DNA of 12,434 bases. Origin: a virus. A program made the translations under genes and the position numbers. Below the pieces are notes generated by a model. The model had not been told where the DNA came from, ran no database searches, and saw only the letters and a list, made by a program, of their open reading frames with translations. The stretch lies in IMG/VR virus record IMGVR_UViG_3300045988_167490, positions 1 through 12,434 of that record; one strand, written 5' to 3'. Positions 5,592 to 12,434 of this stretch are shown here, one piece after another (position 1 is the stretch's first letter; every line of letters begins with the position of its first letter).

Positions 5592-5622
5592 AATGTTTCA
5601 CGTGAAACATTAAACAAAATCG
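5592..5622. repeat. Third, inverted copy of the palindrome-containing element
   Basis: AATGTTTCACGTGAAACATTAAACAAAATCG is the exact 31-nt reverse complement of 731-761. It starts 4 nt after the capsid stop codon and overlaps the first 2 nt of the terminator stem. Confidence 0.92.
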
Positions 5623-5646
5623 CCCTACAAAATTTCTTGTAGGGCG
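5621..5646 (+). terminator. GC-rich hairpin terminator downstream of the major capsid gene
   Basis: A 10-bp stem CGCCCTACAA/TTGTAGGGCG with loop AATTTC. The + strand tail is only ATAATTG. On the - strand the hairpin is followed by ATTTTGTTT, so it looks bidirectional or even better oriented for antisense. Confidence 0.6.
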
Positions 5647-5666
5647 ATAATTGAAAAGGTGATAAA

Positions 5667-6185
5667 ATGAAGGTAACATTATGCACTTTAACAGAAAACA
5701 GAAAAAACGCAGTTATAAAAACATTTACAGAAATTAAAACTATATCAGCGCAACAAATAGAGCAAATGACCGTTTCTGATTTGGAATGCACAATAGTTTT
5801 AAATTTCAATAATAGCATTTCAATGTTAACTAATAGTAATTTAGTAAATTATGCGCATATCAATTTAGAAAGAACTATTTACTATTTTATTGATAAAATC
5901 GAATTTTTGACGGGTAGTAGAATTGTACTACATCTTGTCGAGGATGTTTTAGCAACATATTCAGACGAAATTTTACAACTGAATTGTTTGATTACTCGAC
6001 AAGAAAACATCAAAAGCAATTTTATAGTTGATAATTTTTTACCGTTGAAAAATGAAAAAACAATAAAGGTTATTGATTTTGATAATTCAGAGTTTAATTT
6101 AAGTACAGCGACAAAAGACAGCTACAATTTTTTATTGACCGTTGCGGGAGGTGGCACAAATGGAACTCAACAGACAAATATATAA
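5667..6185 (+). CDS. Tail knob protein, N-terminal module (phi29 gp9 N-terminus-like), 172 aa
   Basis: SD AAGGTGA. IYYFIDKIEFLTGSRIVLHLVEDVLATYSDEILQLNCLITRQE aligns with gp9 [44 protein letters not shown] (from memory). It ends 26 nt inside the next ORF. Confidence 0.6.
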   Translation: MKVTLCTLTENRKNAVIKTFTEIKTISAQQIEQMTVSDLECTIVLNFNNSISMLTNSNLVNYAHINLERTIYYFIDKIEFLTGSRIVLHLVEDVLATYSDEILQLNCLITRQENIKSNFIVDNFLPLKNEKTIKVIDFDNSEFNLSTATKDSYNFLLTVAGGGTNGTQQTNI

Positions 6186-8301
6186 AACAGAAAATGATGT
6201 AAATTATAACGGTATAATTTTTAATACTAAAGGATTGAGCGAATATACAAACAGTGATGATTATAAATTCAATCAAGACTATAACAAAATGCCAGACATC
6301 TCATTTGCGTACGGAATGAGCAAAGGAAAATACTCGCCGCATTGCAATTTTGCAGTTGTTGCAACTAATCTGAATGTAAACCCAGATGTGAGTAAAATTC
6401 AGATTACAAAATATAATCAACCGTTCGCTTACTGTTTTTTGAATAGAGCGAAAGAGTTAATGCACAGTCCGTTTTTGCCTGTCGGGCTTTTTGGTAAGTA
6501 TCCAATCCGAACAACGGTAAGTACCGAAAACACTAATTTTACCTCGTGGGGCAAGGGTACACAAGGAACAGCACAACAAGCGGCGTTTTTTAGAAGTTTT
6601 GTTCCCGCTGTCAAATTTAATTATCAACAATTTGCTATTTGTCCCACTTTTGAGTGTAGTAGCACGATTGACTTGGCAATTCAAAAAAATACTGTCGGAG
6701 AGGTAAAAAGAAAACTTAATGAATTATCAGACGATTATAAATATATCAGTACTGTTAATATGTTAGGTACATATTATAACGGTGAGTCTGTTAGTGGTGC
6801 TAATCACGATGTTGCTGTTTCTGGTATCAATAACATAAAAATCATAACATATAAATCAAGCGGCATAACGGGTGTTGATATTGAACCCGATAATCAAGCA
6901 AAACCGGATATAAGTTTTGAACGATTAACAGTGCTCGGAAATTCTACGCCAATACGCTCAATAAACGAGTTAGCTGGCAAAACGATTAACACTGCTATTA
7001 GATGTCCAGAACCGTTCGAGATTTTAGCGAACAGTGACAAAGAATGGTTCGGAACTGTAGCGGCATATACAGAAAAAGAAAAATTTAAAAGATTAATAAG
7101 TTGTTACGGGTTAATTTGGTGTGACGATAAAGATTATATCGTTAGAGATTTAAACGAAAATACTATTAATGAACATTATTATATACCAATTCGCAACAGC
7201 GAAGGTTTTTATGTTGGCGATTACCTGCAAGGTGAAGAGGCAATCGACTATTTGAAAAAACACCCAGAACTCAACACCACAGACCAATGGCAAAAAAATA
7301 ACGGAGTTGTTATCAATCCCGATACACACGATTATACAAACGATATTGATTTAAATAAGCCCAATCTCTCAACAATCGGTGTTTTCAATCGTAGTTATGC
7401 TATGAATTTTAAGGATATTTTGTCATTATCTAATTATATGTGGAACAGTGACGATAATATATTTAATCAAATTGTCGAAAGTTTAAAGCTATTCGGTGAA
7501 AATCCTATAAACGCACTAATCAGCTTGCGTTTATATCCGTTCGACCTTGATAAAAAATTAGGTTCAACCGCAGTGGAAAAAATCAAACTCGGTAGAATTG
7601 TTACAGATGTTGACGGAAAAATATTACCAAATGACATAGACTGCGTTTTTGATTTGGGTTCAACCGATTTTCCGAATTACCACGATAATTTTTTAGATTA
7701 TTCACCGTATACCGATTGCGAGTTAATTATACCATATTGCGGTAATTTGACAATTCAACCGCAAGAATTTATCGGAAAAACATTATCAATTAAGTTAGTT
7801 GTTGACTTCAATTTAGGTGCTTGCACCGCTGTAATTTTTGCGGACGGTATTCCAAAGCTGTACAAAAGTGGCAACATTGGCGCAGAAGTTGCTATGAGTA
7901 GCAATATATCCGCCGATTATGGTAAAAATTGGTTAAATGCGAGCGTGGGGGCTGTATCTAATATATCGTCAATTGCAAGCGGTAATCTTGTAAGCGTTCT
8001 AGGCAGTGCAACCGATATAGCAAAATCGTACACTCAACCTACAATATTTCAAAATGTAGCTGGCAACTCCTCAACGGTTAACAATTGGTTACCGCAAAAG
8101 GCATATTTGATTATCAGAACATCAGAGAGCAACGAGCCCGAAAATTACGGTGCTACTGTCGGCTATGCGTGTAGTTTTAAAGAAAAATTGCAAAATTTGA
8201 GCGGTTATACAGTAGTCAGTAATCCGCAAATTTCGTTTAAATGCTCAAGTGCTGAAAATGACGAAATAAAAAGAATTTTGCAAAACGGTTTTTATATTTG
8301 A
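6160..8301 (+). CDS. Tail knob protein, main/C-terminal module (phi29 gp9-like) with a large extra central region
   Basis: ATG 6160 has GGGAGGTG (6146-6153) 6 nt upstream; the track's TTG 6142 is unlikely. The C-terminal third resembles gp9: YSPYTDCELIIPYCGNLTIQ vs MMYPYCVTEITDFKGNHMNL; a Gly/Ser/Ala-rich loop (SVGAVSNISSIASGNLVSVLGSA) like the gp9 membrane-active loop; SAENDEIKRILQNGFYI vs NNNDLQEIRTIFDNGITLW. Confidence 0.72.
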   Translation: MELNRQIYKTENDVNYNGIIFNTKGLSEYTNSDDYKFNQDYNKMPDISFAYGMSKGKYSPHCNFAVVATNLNVNPDVSKIQITKYNQPFAYCFLNRAKELMHSPFLPVGLFGKYPIRTTVSTENTNFTSWGKGTQGTAQQAAFFRSFVPAVKFNYQQFAICPTFECSSTIDLAIQKNTVGEVKRKLNELSDDYKYISTVNMLGTYYNGESVSGANHDVAVSGINNIKIITYKSSGITGVDIEPDNQAKPDISFERLTVLGNSTPIRSINELAGKTINTAIRCPEPFEILANSDKEWFGTVAAYTEKEKFKRLISCYGLIWCDDKDYIVRDLNENTINEHYYIPIRNSEGFYVGDYLQGEEAIDYLKKHPELNTTDQWQKNNGVVINPDTHDYTNDIDLNKPNLSTIGVFNRSYAMNFKDILSLSNYMWNSDDNIFNQIVESLKLFGENPINALISLRLYPFDLDKKLGSTAVEKIKLGRIVTDVDGKILPNDIDCVFDLGSTDFPNYHDNFLDYSPYTDCELIIPYCGNLTIQPQEFIGKTLSIKLVVDFNLGACTAVIFADGIPKLYKSGNIGAEVAMSSNISADYGKNWLNASVGAVSNISSIASGNLVSVLGSATDIAKSYTQPTIFQNVAGNSSTVNNWLPQKAYLIIRTSESNEPENYGATVGYACSFKEKLQNLSGYTVVSNPQISFKCSSAENDEIKRILQNGFYI

Positions 8302-8315
8302 GCAGGTGATTTTAA

Positions 8316-8990
8316 ATGAGTTATGCAAAATTAGATTATTCACTTGTTAAAGATTTAACAGTTGCAGACTTGCAACAGCTTATAAAGAAAGAAACATCTA
8401 TTGCTAATAAGCGACTGCGGCGACTGTATAATGCAAATTTGCAAAATCAAAGTGAGCAATATAATCAAGAATTTTCAGCGGCTCTTCATAACACTAACGG
8501 TTTTGGAACAAAAAGCGGTTATTTTTCATCAGCTACAAAAGAAAAGAGCAAACAACAATTAGTAACTCAATTTTTGCAAGTTAGAAATTTTTTAGCAAAT
8601 GATATTACAGTTACATCAGTAAAAAAAGAGCAGAAAGCAAGACAAACAAGTTTTGAACGAATTGAAACAATGAAAGCACAACGAAGTAAAAGAACACGAC
8701 CTAAAAAAATTTCAATCAAAAAAACTTTTGAATTTGTTGATAATCTGTTCACTGACTTAAAAAATATGGGATTTAATACAAATGTTCTCGGCAGTTTGTA
8801 CTCTGATATTTTAGCTATCACAAAATCAAGAATTGAGAGCGGCGAAAACTATTCAAGCATACTTGAAAGTATAGCAAATAGTATGAACTCATACGATTAT
8901 GATACAACAGCAATTCTAAACGATTTTTCAGAAAACGGTCGTTTACTTGTCAAATATGGCGATACTACATTCAAAAGAGAAGAGGAATAA
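8316..8990 (+). CDS. Candidate terminal protein (primer for DNA replication), 224 aa
   Basis: It lies immediately upstream of, and is translationally close-coupled to, the protein-primed polymerase (stop 8990, pol ATG 8993), as with phi29 gp3-gp2. The size is right for a terminal protein. It has a strongly basic patch, KAQRSKRTRPKKISIKK. I saw no direct sequence signature; the call rests on synteny. Confidence 0.5.
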   Translation: MSYAKLDYSLVKDLTVADLQQLIKKETSIANKRLRRLYNANLQNQSEQYNQEFSAALHNTNGFGTKSGYFSSATKEKSKQQLVTQFLQVRNFLANDITVTSVKKEQKARQTSFERIETMKAQRSKRTRPKKISIKKTFEFVDNLFTDLKNMGFNTNVLGSLYSDILAITKSRIESGENYSSILESIANSMNSYDYDTTAILNDFSENGRLLVKYGDTTFKREEE

Positions 8991-8992
8991 CA

Positions 8993-11161
8993 ATGTTGCA
9001 TTTTTCTGAATTTCCAAAGCAGAATTATAAATTTGATATTGTTACTAAGAAAACAAAAAAGCAAGAAATTGAATATTATAACACTGCATTTTCTTTTGAT
9101 ATTGAAACAACTAGCTTTTATTATGAGAACGGTTGTTCGATAATTCCAAAGACGAATGAAACAGAAAAATACAACAAAGCGGCAGTTATGTATATATGGC
9201 AATTTGGAGTAGGTCAAGATGTTTATTACGGTCGTACTTGGCAGGACTTTAAAGATTTTCTAATGATGTTAAAAGAATATTTCAATCTAAACAACAATAG
9301 AAAAATTATAATTTATGTACATAATTTAGCGTATGAATTTCAATTTTTAAGAAAAGAGTTCAACATCACAAATATGTTTGCTCGACAAGAGCGAAAACCG
9401 ATACACTTCACATTAAACGAATTTTTCGAGTTTAAATGTAGTTTTATGTTGAGTTGCTCAAGTCTTGAAACAATTGCAAAAAATTTAACAACAGTAAAAA
9501 TCAATAAAAAAATCGGTGACTTGAATTATAGATTATATCGTAATTCAAGTACACCGCTGACCTCAACCGAACTCGGCTACTGCGAATATGATATAAAAAT
9601 ACTGCAATACTATATCAGCGAAGAGATTGCATTAAATGAAAATAACATCTTAAACATACCACTGACAAAAACGGGTTACGTTAGAAGATTTTGCCGCAAC
9701 GCTTTGAAAGAAAACAATTATAAAAAATATCGTATGTTTATCAAAGATAACTCACCCGAAACAGAAGAGTTTATTTTACTTAACAAAATTTTTCAGGGCG
9801 GCTACACGCACGCAAATTGCAACTATGTAGGTTTAACTTTAAATGATGTTAGTAGCATTGACTTTACAAGTAGTTATCCGTCAGTAATGATTAGACATAA
9901 GTTTCCTATGCGAAAATTTAAGAAAATTGACATTATAGATTATGATACTTTTACAGAATTTATAAACAAATTTCCTTGCATTTTCGAAATTATGTTTACT
10001 AATCTAAAAGCGAAAACATCACATCACATCATACAAAGAGCAAAGTGCAGTGTTTGCACAAATGGTGTTTTCGATAACGGACGAATAATGCAAGCTGATA
10101 GTATTATAACATATTGCAATGATGTTGATTTTAAATGTATTCAAGATTTTTATACATATGACAGTATCACAATTAAAAATTTTTGGTACAGCAAATATGA
10201 GTATTTACCGAAAACAATTATTGAATGTATATTAAAGTTATACAACGATAAAACAATGTTAAAAGGTGTAGCAGGATATGAAAAAGAATATTTAATAAAA
10301 AAGGGTATGTTAAACAGTTCGTACGGAATGTGTGTTACCAATCCATGCAATGACGAAATTTCATATACAGAAAATTGGCAGAAAGAACGCAAAAGCATTG
10401 ACGAATGCTTAAAAGATAATAAATATAACTATAATCAATTTCTTTTGTATTCGTGGGGTGTTTGGGTGACATCTTGGGCAAGATATGAACTTTTTGACGG
10501 TATCAAAAATATTAATGAAGATGTTATTTATTCAGATACTGACAGCATTAAATTTTTAAATTTTGATAAACACAAAGAATATATAAACGCTTACAACAAG
10601 CGTGTTGCTAAAGAATTAAAACAGTGTTGTGATTTTTACAATATTGATTTTGAATTAACGCAACCCGAAAAAAGCGGAAAAAAATATCCGCTTGGCGTAT
10701 GGGATATTGAAAAAAGCTACACAAGGTTTAAAACGCTCGGAGCGAAAAGATATTGTTATCAGTACGCTGACGGCAGTGTAAACTTGACCGTATCGGGCAT
10801 TAATAAAAAATATGCAGTGCCTTATATGATGTCAGTATGTAACAATGATGTTAATAAGTTTTTTGATATGTTCAATTCAAATCTGAAAATACCAAAAGGC
10901 AAAACAGGAAAATTAACTCATACATATATTGATAATGAAATTAATGTTACTTTAGTTGACTATAATGGAAATTCAGAGATTGAAAACATTAAAAGTTGTA
11001 TTCACTTAGAAGATACAGAGTTTACATTGCAGATGTCAACTGAATTTTTGTCATTTTTGTGTGACTTTGTTTTTGACGAACTCGGAAACAATTTTTCATT
11101 AGGAATAAAGAGAGACGAACTTGCAATCACTTTTTTCGATAATTTTAGAAACGGAGTATAA
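8993..11161 (+). CDS. Protein-primed family-B DNA polymerase
   Basis: ExoI FSFDIETT; ExoII HNLAYEF; SLETIAKNL; ExoIII YCEYDIKIL; motif A IDFTSSYPS (Dx2SLYP); motif B KKGMLNSSYG (Kx3NSxYG); GVWVTSWARYELF (cf. phi29 GVFITAWARYTTI); motif C IYSDTDSIKF; KxY GAKRYCY. SD AGAGGA lies 6 nt upstream. Confidence 0.96.
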   Translation: MLHFSEFPKQNYKFDIVTKKTKKQEIEYYNTAFSFDIETTSFYYENGCSIIPKTNETEKYNKAAVMYIWQFGVGQDVYYGRTWQDFKDFLMMLKEYFNLNNNRKIIIYVHNLAYEFQFLRKEFNITNMFARQERKPIHFTLNEFFEFKCSFMLSCSSLETIAKNLTTVKINKKIGDLNYRLYRNSSTPLTSTELGYCEYDIKILQYYISEEIALNENNILNIPLTKTGYVRRFCRNALKENNYKKYRMFIKDNSPETEEFILLNKIFQGGYTHANCNYVGLTLNDVSSIDFTSSYPSVMIRHKFPMRKFKKIDIIDYDTFTEFINKFPCIFEIMFTNLKAKTSHHIIQRAKCSVCTNGVFDNGRIMQADSIITYCNDVDFKCIQDFYTYDSITIKNFWYSKYEYLPKTIIECILKLYNDKTMLKGVAGYEKEYLIKKGMLNSSYGMCVTNPCNDEISYTENWQKERKSIDECLKDNKYNYNQFLLYSWGVWVTSWARYELFDGIKNINEDVIYSDTDSIKFLNFDKHKEYINAYNKRVAKELKQCCDFYNIDFELTQPEKSGKKYPLGVWDIEKSYTRFKTLGAKRYCYQYADGSVNLTVSGINKKYAVPYMMSVCNNDVNKFFDMFNSNLKIPKGKTGKLTHTYIDNEINVTLVDYNGNSEIENIKSCIHLEDTEFTLQMSTEFLSFLCDFVFDELGNNFSLGIKRDELAITFFDNFRNGV

Positions 11162-11164
11162 ACA

Positions 11165-12250
11165 ATGAAGTATTACAGTTTAAAAAATATTGATAAAAAA
11201 CAAGCCGAATATAACGTCATAATCGGTAAAAGAAGTAACGGAAAAACATACTCTGTATGTGATAAATCACTTAGAGAACATTACAAATCAGGAAAACGGC
11301 TTGCATATATCAGACGATACGCAGAAGATATTACACCGAAATTTATAAAAAAGCTGTTTGCACCACACGATTTGGAAAGTATCACGGCAGGCAAGTGGAA
11401 TTACATACGATATTATAACAGAGGATTTTATTTTGCTAAAATAGAAGATAATAAAATTATTGATTGCGAAGTAGAACCGTTTTGTCAAACGTTTGCGTTG
11501 AATGTTTGGGAAAGCGCAAAAGGAGCTGATAACGGATATTTTGATTATATTTTATTTGACGAATTTATCACAAGAGGACACTATTTAGCAGATGAATTTA
11601 TCATATTTTGTAATGTGCTTTCTTCCGTGTTGCGTGACCGTGACGGCACAAAAATATATATGCTTGCTAATACAATCAACAAATATTGCATATATTTTTC
11701 CGAAATGGGTATTAATGATGTTGAGAATATGCAACAAGGCGAAATTAAAGTTTATCCGTTCGGATATGGTAATGAGAAGTTGCAGATAGCAGTTGAATAC
11801 TGTTCAGATACAGATAATACTAAAAAAGTAAGTAAGTATTTTGCGTTCACAAATCCACGCACAAAAATGATTACGGAGGGAAAATGGGAGATTAAAAACT
11901 ATCCACATATTCCAAAAAATATTACTTCTGATAATATTATATATAAAGCGTTTGTTTTTTTCAATCATAAATTTATGTGTGTAAATATTTGTGAAAAAAA
12001 CTCCGAAGTGTTTTTGACTGTACATATGCAAACAAAAGAATTTAATTCAGATAATATCATTTTTGATTTTACACCAAACACCAAAACAAATTATTTTATA
12101 AATCTGAATGTTTGCGATAACAAAATCGGATTGCTGATTAGAAATTTAATAAACAAGCAAAAAATTTTTTATGCCAGCAATGAAGTCGGCGAATTATTCC
12201 GCAATTGGATTTTAGAGCAATCAAAAACGCAACAAATATTTTTGAGTTGA
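11165..12250 (+). CDS. DNA encapsidation (packaging) ATPase, phi29 gp16-like
   Basis: Walker A NVIIGKRSNGKTYS (gp16 NFVIGARGIGKSYA); LAYIRRY (FIYVRRY); Walker B YILFDEFI (TIVFDEFI); YMLANTINKYCIYF (CLSNAVSVVNPYF). SD GGAG lies 8 nt upstream. It is the last gene before the right ITR. Confidence 0.9.
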   Translation: MKYYSLKNIDKKQAEYNVIIGKRSNGKTYSVCDKSLREHYKSGKRLAYIRRYAEDITPKFIKKLFAPHDLESITAGKWNYIRYYNRGFYFAKIEDNKIIDCEVEPFCQTFALNVWESAKGADNGYFDYILFDEFITRGHYLADEFIIFCNVLSSVLRDRDGTKIYMLANTINKYCIYFSEMGINDVENMQQGEIKVYPFGYGNEKLQIAVEYCSDTDNTKKVSKYFAFTNPRTKMITEGKWEIKNYPHIPKNITSDNIIYKAFVFFNHKFMCVNICEKNSEVFLTVHMQTKEFNSDNIIFDFTPNTKTNYFINLNVCDNKIGLLIRNLINKQKIFYASNEVGELFRNWILEQSKTQQIFLS

Positions 12251-12290
12251 TACCGTTATAACACTTTAATACACTAAAATATAGTACATA

Positions 12291-12332
12291 GGTAGGTTTT
12301 ATGCTTTAGCACTTTAGCATATTAAACCTACC
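12291..12332. repeat. Right-end-specific imperfect hairpin straddling the ITR boundary
   Basis: GGTAGGTTT (12291-12299) pairs with AAACCTACC (12324-12332), and TATGCT (12300-12305) pairs with AGCATA (12316-12321). The loop TTAGCACTTT contains an extra copy of the ITR 8-mer. It reuses the CCTACC that forms the loop of the ITR hairpin, so the two folds exclude each other. Confidence 0.75.
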
Positions 12333-12424
12333 TTTTTAATATGCTTTAACGCTTTAGCACTTTAGCACTTTAGCACTTTAGCACACTAAAGCGGGGAGCG
12401 GCAAAGTTTGTTAAAAGTTTAACA
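12314..12424. repeat. Right inverted terminal repeat (ITR)
   Basis: Exact reverse complement of 11-121. It mirrors the 8-bp tandem array (12345-12384) and the hairpin (12317-12344). Confidence 0.93.
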
Positions 12425-12434
12425 AGATCGGAAG
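12425..12434. other. Illumina adapter remnant (AGATCGGAAG); not biological sequence
   Basis: AGATCGGAAG is the start of the standard adapter read-through sequence AGATCGGAAGAGC. Confidence 0.85.

Noticed and set aside
5419-5613. Plus-strand 64-aa ORF overlapping the capsid 3' end, and the similar 65-aa ORF at 11592-11789 inside the ATPase gene
   Set aside because: Both are alternative-frame ORFs within genes that have strong homology support. Neither has an SD. The end of the first (MFHVKH) is simply the palindromic repeat being translated.
5637-5668. Promoter-like TTGTAG (5637-5642) ... TAAAAT (5663-5668) upstream of the knob gene
   Set aside because: The spacer is 20 nt. The -35 is part of the terminator stem, and the -10 overlaps the ATG at 5667, so a transcript from it could not carry the SD.
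399-6162. Upstream start codons offered by the ORF track: ATG 399, GTG 2771, ATG 4434, TTG 6142
   Set aside because: In each case a downstream ATG (444, 2783, 4443, 6160) has a canonical SD at 6-10 nt. The upstream start has no SD or one placed too close, and it overlaps the preceding gene. The 4434/4443 choice remains genuinely uncertain.
8278-8298. TTGCAA (8278-8283) and TATATT (8293-8298), considered as a promoter for the TP-polymerase genes
   Set aside because: The spacing is only 9 nt, and no alternative -10 lies at 16-18 nt.
1930-12031. All other minus-strand ORFs in the track (1930-2142, 4012-4299, 4760-5008, 5316-5507, 5504-5818, 6094-6276, 6429-6614, 6457-6684, 8567-8821, 8897-9217, 10150-10398, 11288-11488, 11804-12031)
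   Set aside because: Each lies antisense inside a well-supported + strand gene. Their composition is hydrophobic and low-complexity, as expected for antisense frames of AT-rich DNA. None has an SD. Together they would break an otherwise seamless co-oriented operon structure.
1-12434. Transposon, casposon/pipolin-type self-synthesising element or linear plasmid, considered because of ITRs plus a protein-primed PolB
   Set aside because: Capsid, connector, collar, knob, holin and packaging ATPase genes fill the rest of the element. There is no integrase, transposase or Cas1, and no flanking host DNA or target-site duplication. A virus genome is the simplest reading.
1-12434. Mycoplasma/Spiroplasma host with genetic code 4, suggested by the small size and the similarity in scale to Mycoplasma phage P1
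   Set aside because: TGA clearly terminates several well-defined genes (781-1236, 1233-1544, 2377-2781, 6160-8301, 11165-12250), each with the next gene's SD and start immediately after. The presence of a holin and strong SD sites fits walled Firmicutes.

Overview
The window appears to be one complete linear genome (about 12.4 kb) of a very small phi29-like, protein-primed podovirus, not a chromosomal fragment. The host is probably an AT-rich Gram-positive: the ribosome-binding sites are strong Firmicutes-type GGAGG/AGGTGA sequences and TGA is used as a stop codon. The two ends are perfect 121-nt inverted repeats. The outer 10 nt of each are Illumina adapter, which leaves 111 nt of real ITR. 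Fifteen tightly packed genes all lie on the + strand. Recognisable phi29-type core genes are an SSB (gp5-like), holin, head-tail connector (gp10-like), lower collar (gp11-like), major capsid protein (gp8-like) and tail knob (gp9-like, split here into two overlapping ORFs). They are followed by a candidate terminal protein, a family-B protein-primed DNA polymerase with all Exo/Pol motifs visible, and a packaging ATPase (gp16-like). The left 1.8 kb carries five small early-type genes, including a protein that is only a sigma-70 region-4 HTH. I could not recognise an endolysin, tail lysin, tail fibre/appendage, scaffold, integrase, tRNA or CRISPR array. The little non-coding DNA is highly structured. 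It contains a modular ITR, an internal near-copy of the terminal palindrome, an 11-bp phased repeat array found only at the left end, and a 29-31 bp palindrome-containing element present three times. It also contains a promoter-less 170-bp intergenic region and a hairpin specific to the right end. All homology statements rest on my recollection of phi29-family sequences and motifs. No search or computation was run.
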